Assembly (NCBI GenBank): GCA_964291415.2
Contig: OZ219920.1
Span: forward strand, 864,001-928,000
DNA length: 64,000 nucleotides
Direction of reading: 5' to 3'
Origin: Alphaproteobacteria bacterium
GTDB lineage: Bacteria; Pseudomonadota; Alphaproteobacteria; SP197
In this document: piece after piece, positions 29,338-38,713 of the stretch
How the letters are laid out: each line of letters begins with the position of its first letter
Numbering within the stretch: the stretch's first letter is position 1
Program-made: the position numbers and the translations under genes
The notes under the pieces: model-generated
Seen by the model: only the letters and a program-made list of their open reading frames with translations
Databases searched by the model: none
What the model was told of the DNA's origin: nothing

Positions 29338-31026
29338 ATGAGTGTCGAGGAAAGCCCCGCTCCCGGGGGGACTCATGACTTCATTCGCGCGATCGTTGCC
29401 GACGATGTCACCGCAGGCCGCGTTGCGACCGTCGTCACGCGATTTCCTCCGGAACCCAACGGGTATCTCCACATCGGCCACGCCAAGTCGTTGTGCCTCA
29501 ACTTCGGTATCGGCGGGGAGTTTGCCGGACGCTGTCATCTGAGGTTCGACGACACCAACCCGGTGCGCGAGGAACAGGAGTACATCGAGGCCATTCAGGA
29601 GGATGTCCGCTGGCTCGGTTTCGAGTGGGGCGAACACCTCTACTTCGCCTCGGACCATTTCGAGCAGCTCTACGCCTGGGCCGAACATCTCATTCGCAAC
29701 GGCGATGCCTATGTCGATTCCCAGTCGCTCGAGGATATGCGCGAGGCCCGGGGCACATGGAACGTGGCGGGCCGCAACAGTCCCTGGCGGGACCGCGTGC
29801 CCGAGGAAAATCTCGATCTTTTCCGCCGAATGCGGGCCGGCGAGTTTTCCGATGGCGCCCACGTGCTGCGGGCAAAGATCGACATGGCCGCCGGCAACAT
29901 GAACATGCGCGATCCGGTGCTCTACCGCATTCTTCACGCGCACCACCCGCGCACCGGCAGCGCGTGGTGCATCTATCCGACCTATGACTATGCGCACGGC
30001 CAGTCGGATGCCATCGAGGGCGTGACCCACTCACTGTGCACGCTCGAATTCGAAGATCACCGGCCGCTCTACGACTGGCTGATCGATCATCTTCCGGTGC
30101 CGCAGGTGCCCCGTCAGTATGAATTCGCCAGGCTCAACCTTGGTTCGACGGTGTTGTCGAAACGTGCCCTCATCAGCCTTGTCCACGACGGCCATGTCAG
30201 CGGCTGGGACGATCCCAGGATGCCGACGCTGCGCGGCATGAGACGCCGGGGCATTCCGCCTGAGGCGATCCGCGAGTTCATTTCCAGGGTAGGCGTTGCC
30301 AGGGCGGACAATCTCGTCGACCCGGCCATGCTCGACAACTGTGTGCGTTCCCATCTCAACCGCACGGCGCCGCGCCGCATGGCGGTGCTGCGGCCGCTGA
30401 AAGTGGTCATCGAGACGTGGCCCGAGGGCGAGACCGACGAACTCGAGGCGATCAACAACCCCGAGGACGAAGGAGCGGGGCGGCGCCCTCTGCTCTTCAC
30501 CCGCACCCTCTACATCGAACGCGACGATTTCATGGAGGATCCGCCGCGCAAGTTCTTCCGGCTGGCCCCCGGCCGGGAGGTCCGCTTGCGCCACGCCTTT
30601 TTCATCACCTGCCAGGAGGTCGTGAAGGACGCCGACGGTGACATCGTGGAACTTCGCTGTACCCACGATCCGGCCAGCAGGGGTGGCGGCTCTCCTGACG
30701 GACGCAAGGTCAGAGGCACCCTGCACTGGGTCTCGGCCGATCATGCCGTCAGTGCCGAAGTCCGTCTCTATGATCGTCTCTTCACGTCACCGGCGCCGGG
30801 TCGTGAAGGCGACTTCGTTGCCGACCTCAACCCGGATTCTCTTGTCGTTCTCGATGACTGCCTCGTTGAACCCGCCGCTCTCGATGCTGCGCCGGGGGAT
30901 GTCCTGCAGTTCGAACGGCAGGGCTACTTCAGCGTCGATGCCGACTTCACGAGCGAGCGTCCGGTGTTCAATCGCACGGTCGGTCTGCGCGACAGCTGGG
31001 CTCGCGTCCGGCGCAACACGCCTTGA
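29338..31026 (+). CDS. glnS: Glutamine--tRNA ligase
   Basis: TRFPPEPNGYLHIGHAK, RFDDTN, IYPTYDYAHGQSD, THSLCTLEFEDHR, LSKR, GWDDPRMPT, QFERQGYF. Confidence 0.96.
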   Translation: MSVEESPAPGGTHDFIRAIVADDVTAGRVATVVTRFPPEPNGYLHIGHAKSLCLNFGIGGEFAGRCHLRFDDTNPVREEQEYIEAIQEDVRWLGFEWGEHLYFASDHFEQLYAWAEHLIRNGDAYVDSQSLEDMREARGTWNVAGRNSPWRDRVPEENLDLFRRMRAGEFSDGAHVLRAKIDMAAGNMNMRDPVLYRILHAHHPRTGSAWCIYPTYDYAHGQSDAIEGVTHSLCTLEFEDHRPLYDWLIDHLPVPQVPRQYEFARLNLGSTVLSKRALISLVHDGHVSGWDDPRMPTLRGMRRRGIPPEAIREFISRVGVARADNLVDPAMLDNCVRSHLNRTAPRRMAVLRPLKVVIETWPEGETDELEAINNPEDEGAGRRPLLFTRTLYIERDDFMEDPPRKFFRLAPGREVRLRHAFFITCQEVVKDADGDIVELRCTHDPASRGGGSPDGRKVRGTLHWVSADHAVSAEVRLYDRLFTSPAPGREGDFVADLNPDSLVVLDDCLVEPAALDAAPGDVLQFERQGYFSVDADFTSERPVFNRTVGLRDSWARVRRNTP

Positions 31027-31916
31027 CGGCAGAGCGGCCCCACGAAGTGGGGCAGGTGCCGGGCGCCCTGCTTGCCGTCCTGATCGACTCCATCAACCAG
31101 TCGTTCTTCCATTCCCGGATGCTTCGGGCCTGGGGTCACTCGAAAGCCATGGAGTCCAATGACCACTGGATGCAGCAGATGCGCCAGGCGTCATCTCTGG
31201 TCGAGGCCATGACAGCGTGTGGCATCCGCCTGGATGACAAGCCGGCGTCGGACCTCGTCATCGGATGCGATGCCATGACGGTCCTTGCCGCCGATGCTGC
31301 TCAGGCGGAACGCTGCGCCGCGACCGCCTCAGCTGCGGCCAGGGCGCTCCCGAATGGCGCCTTGCGGTCGTTGATGAACGAGATCGTGGCCAGCGAAGAG
31401 GCGTACGCCGCACGACTCCGGACGTGGTGCGAGAGGCCACCGGAAGTCACACGCCATGCCAAGCACCTGCTGCCCAAGCCGGGTGCCCTGCCGGTGGCGC
31501 TGGAGGCGCTCAACCGGGCGCTTCGTCCGCTCGCCGCCGCGGTCAGCCAGATCTTCCTGCACAGTCTGGTGTTTGGCTGCACCGGCAGGAAGGAGGAGGC
31601 GAAACGCGAACTGGTCGCCGCCCTCGAGGCCATGGCCCGGGCCGAGGCGCTCCTCGAGCGCCTTCTCGATCTCGGTGGCCTGCCGGACCAGCACCGCCAT
31701 GGCCGCCTCAGCATGGGAAGCGGGCCGGCCGCCGCCGAGCGGACAGCCCGCGACATCCACGGCGTCATCATCACCGAACTCGAGGCCGGTCTGGCCACAC
31801 TCGATGCCATCGCCGATCCCCTGACCCATACCCTTATCGACGGCATTCTCAGGGCCGAACGCGCCGCAAGGCAGACTGTGGCACAGCGTCTTGAGCGGAT
31901 GGCCGCCGCTTCCTGA
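31023..31916 (+). CDS. Tandem two-domain bacterioferritin-like protein lacking most ferroxidase ligands
   Basis: SINQSFFHSRMLRAWG...QMRQA and AVSQIFLH...EAMARAEALLERLLDLGGLP align to Bfr AINQYFLHARM..WG..EMKHAD..IERILFLEGLP; TTGA overlap with glnS. Confidence 0.75.
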   Translation: MTAERPHEVGQVPGALLAVLIDSINQSFFHSRMLRAWGHSKAMESNDHWMQQMRQASSLVEAMTACGIRLDDKPASDLVIGCDAMTVLAADAAQAERCAATASAAARALPNGALRSLMNEIVASEEAYAARLRTWCERPPEVTRHAKHLLPKPGALPVALEALNRALRPLAAAVSQIFLHSLVFGCTGRKEEAKRELVAALEAMARAEALLERLLDLGGLPDQHRHGRLSMGSGPAAAERTARDIHGVIITELEAGLATLDAIADPLTHTLIDGILRAERAARQTVAQRLERMAAAS

Positions 31917-31923
31917 CACTCGA

Positions 31924-31957
31924 CAACGCAAGGAAGCGGGGACCGCTTTCCCGTTGC
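31924..31957. terminator. Hairpin between convergent transcription units
   Basis: caacg..ggaagcgg-gga-ccgctttcc-cgttg immediately after the 31916 stop. Confidence 0.45.
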
Positions 31958-32087
31958 CGGCGGCGTTGCCCTTCATCAAGGGAGCTTGGCGTTGGAGTGA
32001 GCGCAGTACCGGCCGGCGATCCCGCGAGTGCCTTGCTGTAGTGAACACGCTGGTCAACAACGAACCTGCCTGCGTGGGAGGCGAGCC

Positions 32088-32501
32088 TCAGCACCTCATG
32101 ACCTGGATGTGACCTTCGCTGCCGTAGTCGAGAAGGCGGCGGTCGCGGGTCACAAGAACGTATCCGAACGCCCGCGCCGTCGCTGCGAGGATGCGATCTA
32201 CCGGATCGGCGGGCGGTGAACCTGGAAGAGTGCAGGATGCAATCAGCACCGACGGCGGCATCTCCGCAAGTGAGAGGCCGGGTGTCGCGCAAATCCTGTC
32301 GAACCAGATCGTGGGACTGAGCGACAAGGCCAATCGCCGCTTCGCCGCGAGCATTGCGACTTCCCACGCGGTCATCGGCGAGACCGCCAATTGCCCCTCT
32401 TCAGGGTGCAGTTCCGCCAGCACGCTCGCGGCGGGCTCGTGTAGCGGTTCGTTCCGCACGATCCAGACTACCGCGCAGGTGTCGAGCAAAAGGACAGGCA
32501 T
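32088..32501 (-). CDS. VapC/PIN-domain toxin
   Basis: LLDTCA, SPMTAWEV, DPVDRIL, LVTRDRRL. Confidence 0.92.
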   Translation of the reverse strand: MPVLLLDTCAVVWIVRNEPLHEPAASVLAELHPEEGQLAVSPMTAWEVAMLAAKRRLALSLSPTIWFDRICATPGLSLAEMPPSVLIASCTLPGSPPADPVDRILAATARAFGYVLVTRDRRLLDYGSEGHIQVMRC

Positions 32502-32507
32502 CGCCGG

Positions 32508-32942
32508 TTACCGCGCCTCGTTCCATTCCGTGTCCACGGGTTCCGTCAAGTCGATCCCTTCATACACCGTCACAGTGCCGTTGAGCGCACTGGCGAGGTG
32601 GGAGATGATGCTTTGGCGCGGCGTTTCCAGCCCCTCCGGATCGTCCACTTGCGGCTTCGTTCTGCGATCTCTCGGCCGGGCACTATCCTTCGCCGACTTG
32701 CGGAACACCAGCTTTCGGCCCGTCATGTCAACGTCGGCGGACTTGTACCCCGCTCTGAGCCATGCATTCGTAATGACACTGTTGGACGGATTGTTCGACC
32801 ACCAGGGCCGGTGCCTGAAAGCTGAGGACGGCAATCCATCCCCGATGATTCTCTCGATCTCGGCGAAGGTCATGGGTACGTCGGCACGGCTGCAGGCGCG
32901 CAGGTAGTGTTCCAAGGGCTCATACTTCGACATTTCAACCAT
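32508..32942 (-). CDS. Putative antitoxin: N-terminal KY.PL..YL...F..IE...LP.S...WW.N domain plus acidic tail
   Basis: Directly upstream of vapC; tail LNGTVTVYEGIDLTEPVDTEW resembles Phd/VapB toxin-binding tails. Confidence 0.7.
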   Translation of the reverse strand: MVEMSKYEPLEHYLRACSRADVPMTFAEIERIIGDGLPSSAFRHRPWWSNNPSNSVITNAWLRAGYKSADVDMTGRKLVFRKSAKDSARPRDRRTKPQVDDPEGLETPRQSIISHLASALNGTVTVYEGIDLTEPVDTEWNEAR

Positions 32943-33389
32943 TCTCTCCTTCTCGATTTGCCTTGGCTTCTCGACGAAGTCACGGTCACCACAACCTATC
33001 TATACAAAATCGCGACATATTCGGTGTATGTTGGCTTATGATTTCCTGGGTAACAGTCTAACTATAAGGTAGGGATACACTAACGATCAAGAGTGAAATT
33101 TGACGTTGTGGATGACCTGCCCTGGCTTCGGGCTCCGTGGATGACACTCGACGGCAGTCTGCATTGTCGACTGCAATCCAAGGCAGAGGCCGGTGGAAGG
33201 TGGTGAGCGCGGGTTCTGTTCTGCCGCAGCCCCGCGGCGAACGCGGGCCGGTGCATGCGGCCGCCCTCCGATCTCAAGCATGTTCAGCGACGCAGCGTGC
33301 TTGCTCATGAAGAAATCCTCCTGAGCACCTTGGATCCACCAGCAGGCGACACATCGTCCATGCAACTTCGTCAGCAGCTGTCGCGGCGG

Positions 33390-35471
33390 CTACTTCATGG
33401 CCGGTTCGATGACATGGAGCTCGCGGCGGAACGGAACGTCACCTGGATCGGCGTCCGTCCCGAGTTCGCGGGCATAGCGATGGCCCTCGTAGACGGCGGT
33501 GGCGATGATGCCGGGCGCCTGGCAATCGCCAATCCTGCTGAGCGTGCGGATGCCGGTATCGGACGAGTCGTCAAGAGTATGCACGACTTCATGGTAGAGG
33601 CCGTCTTCCGGCAGGCGTGCCGTCACCATGACGACACCGTCGACCGGCAGCGTCACCTCGCGGCGGCTCAGGCTGTCATGAAGCAGCACCTGACCGGTCT
33701 CCACGGCGAGAAGGGTCGTGTTGGCATGGAGTTCCACGCCGGCATCATGAAGGCGTTCCTGGTTCGCCTCGTGTTCCAGCGTGTGGATCTGCCAGGAGGC
33801 AACAGTCGCCATCGGTGTGGCAAGGCTCACGTCGTAGCCTTCCGTGCTCAACAGCTCTGCGAGCACGCTCGCCATGTAGTAGTGGTCGTCGTCGAACAGC
33901 AGCACCCTGCCTTCCGGTGGCCGGCGCCCCTCGAGTATGTCGTCGGGCGTGAGGACGTGCGCTGCGTCGCTCCCGGGAACAGGTGAGGTGAGGCGCCGGC
34001 CGCAGCCATCGCGCCGCCACGTGGCTCCGGTCGCAATCGCCACGTGTTCGGCCCCAAGTTCGAGAATCTGGTCTGCGTCGAGGCGGCTCGAGCGGTAGAC
34101 GTCGACATTGGACATGCGCTGAATCTGGCTCATCCGGTAGTCGCGCACACGGGCCCAGGCAGCGAGCCCGGGCAACCGGCTCTCTCGGGTGACGCGCCCG
34201 CCGAGTTCTTCGTCTGCCTCGGCCAGTGTGACGCGGAATCCCCGCAGTCCGGCCGCCCGCGCCGCCTCGAGTCCGGCGGGTCCGGCGCCGACGACGAGCA
34301 GGTGAGCGTCCGATTCTGCCGATGGCAGGGTTTCAGGATGCCAGGCCTTGCGCCATTCCTCGCCGAAGGTCGGATTCTGGGTGCAGCGTGCCGGTGCCGT
34401 CATCTGGGTCCAGCCGATGCAGACATTGCAGCCGATGCACTCGCGAATGTCGTCAAGGCGGCCTTCCTCGACCTTCTTCGGGAGAAACGGATCGGCAATC
34501 GATGGCCGCGCGGCGCCGATCAGATCGACGATGCCGCGGCGGATTGCCGAGACCATGGCATCGGGAGACGTGTAACGTCCGACCGTCGAGACGGGCTTGG
34601 TCGTCACCTGCTTCACGAAGGCAACGTAGTCCTCCTGGTAGCCCTCGGGCGCGAACCGTGACGTCTTCGAATCGTTCGTCCAGTCGCTGACGTTGACATC
34701 CCACAGGTCCGGGAGTTCGGCCATCATCTCGACTGCCTCGCGACCCTCGGCGTGCCACTCGAGGCCGTCCGGTCCCATCATCTCGTCAACGGCAAAACGC
34801 ACCACGACTCCGGTGGTGTCACCGACGGCTTCCCGCGTCTCCTCGAGCAGTTCGCGGAACAGGCGCAGTCTGTTCTCGAGGCTGCCGCCGTATTCATCGG
34901 TCCGCTGGTTGTGGCGTCGCGCCAGAAAGTGGCTCGGTACGGTTCCGTCGTGTCCGGCATAGACGATGACAATGTCGAAGCCGATGTCGCGTGCCCGGAT
35001 GGCTGCCCGTCTGTGCGCGCGGCGGTACTCGCGGATATCCGCGAGGTCCATGGCACGCGCCTGGATCGGTGCAAGGCTCCAGTTCGCCGGCCGGTGCATC
35101 GGGCCGATCGGGATCTCCCGGCTGTAGAGATTCGGTGTGTCGTGGCCGTTGTGGACGAGTTCGATTCCAGCGAGGCTTCCGAACCGGTGCACCTCCTCGG
35201 CCATGCGGCCCAGATAGACCTCGTCGCTGGTATCCCACATGTTCGTTTCGGCGTAGGGCGAGGCGTCACCGCTGGCCAGAAAGTCGCACTGTTCAGTGCA
35301 GACGATTCCCCAGCCGCCTTCGGCCTTCGCACCCCGCATGCCGATCATCGCATTGGGATAGACCCGGCCCATGCCGTTGCAGTGGGGCACCTGGTAGAAT
35401 CTGTTGGGCGCGGTGACCGGGCCGATTGCGAGTGGTTCGAACAGGATGTCGTAACGTGGATCGCGGGTCAC
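33390..35471 (-). CDS. Trimethylamine/dimethylamine/histamine dehydrogenase family iron-sulfur flavoprotein
   Basis: [13 protein letters not shown] (Cys for covalent FMN), [31 protein letters not shown]...[13 protein letters not shown]. Confidence 0.92.
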   Translation of the reverse strand: MTRDPRYDILFEPLAIGPVTAPNRFYQVPHCNGMGRVYPNAMIGMRGAKAEGGWGIVCTEQCDFLASGDASPYAETNMWDTSDEVYLGRMAEEVHRFGSLAGIELVHNGHDTPNLYSREIPIGPMHRPANWSLAPIQARAMDLADIREYRRAHRRAAIRARDIGFDIVIVYAGHDGTVPSHFLARRHNQRTDEYGGSLENRLRLFRELLEETREAVGDTTGVVVRFAVDEMMGPDGLEWHAEGREAVEMMAELPDLWDVNVSDWTNDSKTSRFAPEGYQEDYVAFVKQVTTKPVSTVGRYTSPDAMVSAIRRGIVDLIGAARPSIADPFLPKKVEEGRLDDIRECIGCNVCIGWTQMTAPARCTQNPTFGEEWRKAWHPETLPSAESDAHLLVVGAGPAGLEAARAAGLRGFRVTLAEADEELGGRVTRESRLPGLAAWARVRDYRMSQIQRMSNVDVYRSSRLDADQILELGAEHVAIATGATWRRDGCGRRLTSPVPGSDAAHVLTPDDILEGRRPPEGRVLLFDDDHYYMASVLAELLSTEGYDVSLATPMATVASWQIHTLEHEANQERLHDAGVELHANTTLLAVETGQVLLHDSLSRREVTLPVDGVVMVTARLPEDGLYHEVVHTLDDSSDTGIRTLSRIGDCQAPGIIATAVYEGHRYARELGTDADPGDVPFRRELHVIEPAMK

Positions 35472-36280
35472 AGGTCGTCCTCCCGGCTTGTGCTCACGGG
35501 GCGTTGTCCGCGCAGGTGATGGGGGCAGTGCTCACCCGTCCCGAGGACCGCTACCATGGCCTCCCAGGTCTCGACCTGATGGTCGACGAACTCGGCACCG
35601 TATCTCTTTTCCAGGTCAGCGCGCGCCGCGCCCGTCAGAAAGTCGAGTTCGCGGTGGCTCACCTCCCTGTACCAGGGATTGCGGTTGGTCAGACTCACGT
35701 TCACGAATCCTGCACCCCTGAGGGCCGCTTCGTAGTGGTCTGGCGAGGCCATGGAGAAGTCGAGCCCTTCCAGTTCGATGTAACGCGCCATCCCGGGGCT
35801 CGGCGTGTCGTCGTGGGAGATCAGCCAGTCCGATGCGGCAAACCAGCCGCCGGGCTCCAGGACGCGGAACACTTCGCGGGCAAGCAAGTCCTTGTCCGCG
35901 ACATGAATGATGGCGTCCTTGGAAAAAACGACATCAAAGCTCCGGTCGGCGAACTCGAAGGGTCCGGGTTCCACCTGCCGTATGGTGACCCGGTCGGCGG
36001 CCCCGGCATCGCGGGCACGCTTGCGCGCCGCGTTGCAGGCCGGCGCCTCGACGTCGATTCCGGTGACATGGCCCGCGCCGTGATCGAGCGCCAGCGAAAG
36101 CGTGATGCCGCCTGATCCGCAACCGATGTCGAGAATGCGGGCACCATCAAGGTCGAGACCTTCGAGAATGCGGGTGACCTCGTCGGGCCCCCCAGGCGAG
36201 AGGTATCCGCTCCCCCACACCTCCTCGAGAAAGGTGATGTAGCCGTCGTCGTAAAGTTCCTCGTCCACGATCTCCTCCAT
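35468..36280 (-). CDS. SAM-dependent methyltransferase, phosphoethanolamine N-methyltransferase-like
   Basis: [43 protein letters not shown]; GGGAG RBS before ATG 36280. Confidence 0.85.
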   Translation of the reverse strand: MEEIVDEELYDDGYITFLEEVWGSGYLSPGGPDEVTRILEGLDLDGARILDIGCGSGGITLSLALDHGAGHVTGIDVEAPACNAARKRARDAGAADRVTIRQVEPGPFEFADRSFDVVFSKDAIIHVADKDLLAREVFRVLEPGGWFAASDWLISHDDTPSPGMARYIELEGLDFSMASPDHYEAALRGAGFVNVSLTNRNPWYREVSHRELDFLTGAARADLEKRYGAEFVDHQVETWEAMVAVLGTGEHCPHHLRGQRPVSTSREDDL

Positions 36281-36363
36281 CAACTCCCTGGACGCGATGA
36301 ACCGTGCGTCCGAATCAGGTTCCGTTGTCCGGTCATGCTCCTGAGGCTTCGGGATGGGCGGCG

Positions 36364-37242
36364 TCACCCTCCACCCTGGGCCCTGGCGTCCTCCATCGTG
36401 CCCGCCTGGCTGCGTCCGGTCCGCCAGGCGGGTTCCGGTGGCGTGCTGACCCACGCAGGACAGTCACCCCGGAAGTGGCCGCACCGGTCATCGCCGAAGC
36501 CATGGGGCATGTAGCCCAGCAACGCCCGCAGGCGGGGGCTGTAGCGGGCCGCAATCTCGGGAGGCGTCGTCAGGTACTGGTTGACCTCCGGTCTCAACCA
36601 GCCGAGGCAGTAGCTGTTGACAAGACCCAGACGCGGTGTGTCGCTCCGGTTGGCTGCGCCGCCGTGCCACGTCGAGCCGAGGAAGAAGAGCGCTGAACCC
36701 TTTGGCATTTCGGCAACGCTCCAGCGGGACAAGTCCGGCAGATGCCACGCGCGGGAGTAGCGGTGACTGCCGGGAATCACCCGGGTCCCGCCATTCTCCT
36801 TCGTGAAGTCGCACAGGGACCACATGACCCCGAGGATCAGCTCCATGCCGGCGATGTCGATGGGGTAGATCGTGTCGTCACGGTGCAGCGCCTGGTCTGT
36901 TTCACCCGGCATGATCTCGATCGCCGTCAGGCTGCTGATCCGGTACGTCTCGGCAAACGGAAGAAGAACCTGGTCGGCGACGGCGATCACGAGATCGTGA
37001 TCCACGAGACCGGCCGCACCCGGCGCCGTGGTCAGCACGCCACCGTAGCGGAGCGTCAGGTCTCCGTTGAAGGCGCTGCGCGAATTCAGTCCCTCGGCGT
37101 CAAGCTGGGGTCTGAGTTCCCGGGCCACGTTATCTGCCAGCTCCGGCGGAGCGAGTTCCCTCACGGCAACGGTGCCGTCACGCTGCAGGATGCGTGCCAC
37201 AGTATCGGCATCGGCGGTGCGATCGAGTACGGTCAGGTCCAT
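36364..37242 (-). CDS. PhyH-family Fe(II)/2OG dioxygenase
   Basis: [39 protein letters not shown]. Confidence 0.92.
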   Translation of the reverse strand: MDLTVLDRTADADTVARILQRDGTVAVRELAPPELADNVARELRPQLDAEGLNSRSAFNGDLTLRYGGVLTTAPGAAGLVDHDLVIAVADQVLLPFAETYRISSLTAIEIMPGETDQALHRDDTIYPIDIAGMELILGVMWSLCDFTKENGGTRVIPGSHRYSRAWHLPDLSRWSVAEMPKGSALFFLGSTWHGGAANRSDTPRLGLVNSYCLGWLRPEVNQYLTTPPEIAARYSPRLRALLGYMPHGFGDDRCGHFRGDCPAWVSTPPEPAWRTGRSQAGTMEDARAQGGG

Positions 37243-37501
37243 CGTGCTCTCCATGGGCAACAGCACCCCTCGAGTGTGCTTTTCGTCCGACAGACCATAC
37301 CACGTCGTTGCCGGCCCGGAACCGCGGACAGGTCCTCTCATCCTGCGAGGCAGGGTCCCCGTCAGCCCATGGGCCGCAAGACGACCCCGGATTGTCGCCG
37401 CGATGCGTTTCCCTGATAATCGGCGTCCGGTGCAGCGCGGAGGAAGAATGCAGGGTCGCAACGGCGCGCAGGCAGCCAGAACGGCCGCCACTCTTGAGGC
37501 C

Positions 37502-38638
37502 ATGTCCGCCATGGCGGTAGACGGCAACGCCGGATGGGTGACGCTGCCGGTAGATGCGTACTGCAATCCGGACATCCATGACCTTGAGGTCGAGAGGATC
37601 TTCCGGGCAGGATGGATCGCTGTCGGCCGGACCGACGAGGTCCGCGAACCCGGCAGCTACCTTGCCCGCGAGATCGCCGGGACGCCGGTCGCCATGGTCC
37701 GAGATCATGGTGGATGCCTCAGGGTCTTTGCGAACATCTGCCGTCACCGCTGGATGAAGGTTCTGGACGGGAGGGGGCGCAAGGCCGTCATCACCTGCCC
37801 CTACCACGCCTGGGTCTACGGGCTCGACGGATGTCTGCGCCGGGCGCCGGGCATGGAGTGCCATCCCGACTTCAATGCCGATGCCACACGCCTGGAAGAA
37901 CTCTCTTTCGAGGTCTGGCACGGATTCGTTTTCGTCAATCTCGACGGTCGCGCCGGTCCTCTGGCACCTCGCCTCGCGGGCGTTGAAGAGACGCTCCGCC
38001 CCTACGGCCTCGACAGCTGGGTTACCGCGCGCACCCTGGAGTTCGGAGAGGTTCCCTGGGGCTGGAAAGTGATGCAGGACAACGGCGAGTGCTACCACCA
38101 CGAAGGGTTGCACCCCGAGACCTTCCAGGCCGTCTTCCCCGGCGAGAAGACCGGCACGGCCTGTGGCGATGACTGGATACTGCAGTGGAGCCCGGCGCGG
38201 GAAGAGAGCCTGGAGACACTCGCCGACGGGACCAGGGTCATGCCCGGGTGCTACTTCGAACCGCTCGATGGCCTCGACGCCTTTCACCGCACCCACTTCG
38301 TGCTGGTCTATGTCCTGCCGAACTACCTGATCTACCTGCAGCCCGACTGCGGGATCATGATCCGCTTTCTTCCCGTCGATGCCGGTCGTTCCCACATGGA
38401 GGTTGATCTTCTGGTTCCGGAGAGTGCCCGCCGTCTCAACGATTTCGACGAGCGGCTCGATCGCCTCGAGAACTTCTTCCATCGCTTCAACGACGAGGAT
38501 GTCCCCGCCAACACGGCGATCCAGAAGGCTCTTGAAAGCGGCCGGGCCACCCGGGCGCCGCTTTCGCGTCACGAACAGCACAACCGTCATGTCGCCTGGT
38601 GGGTAGCCAGCCGACTCACGAACTCTCCGGCATCCTGA
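37502..38638 (+). CDS. Rieske non-heme iron oxygenase alpha subunit (choline monooxygenase/CntA-like group); start uncertain
   Basis: NICRHR...CPYHAWVY Rieske motif; WKVMQDNGECYHHEGLHP mononuclear Fe motif; C-terminal ED. Confidence 0.92.
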   Translation: MSAMAVDGNAGWVTLPVDAYCNPDIHDLEVERIFRAGWIAVGRTDEVREPGSYLAREIAGTPVAMVRDHGGCLRVFANICRHRWMKVLDGRGRKAVITCPYHAWVYGLDGCLRRAPGMECHPDFNADATRLEELSFEVWHGFVFVNLDGRAGPLAPRLAGVEETLRPYGLDSWVTARTLEFGEVPWGWKVMQDNGECYHHEGLHPETFQAVFPGEKTGTACGDDWILQWSPAREESLETLADGTRVMPGCYFEPLDGLDAFHRTHFVLVYVLPNYLIYLQPDCGIMIRFLPVDAGRSHMEVDLLVPESARRLNDFDERLDRLENFFHRFNDEDVPANTAIQKALESGRATRAPLSRHEQHNRHVAWWVASRLTNSPAS

Positions 38639-38713
38639 CGTCGTCCCGCCTGTGCCGTGGTGAACGGCCGCCGGTCCGGCCTGGCGTGCCTGACAGCCTT
38701 GCCTGGCCGGGAC

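Noticed and set aside
33059-33076. TAACTATAAGGTAGGGA resembles the 23S rRNA I-CeuI site
   Set aside because: The central bases are missing and there is no flanking rRNA similarity; probably chance in an AT-rich promoter.
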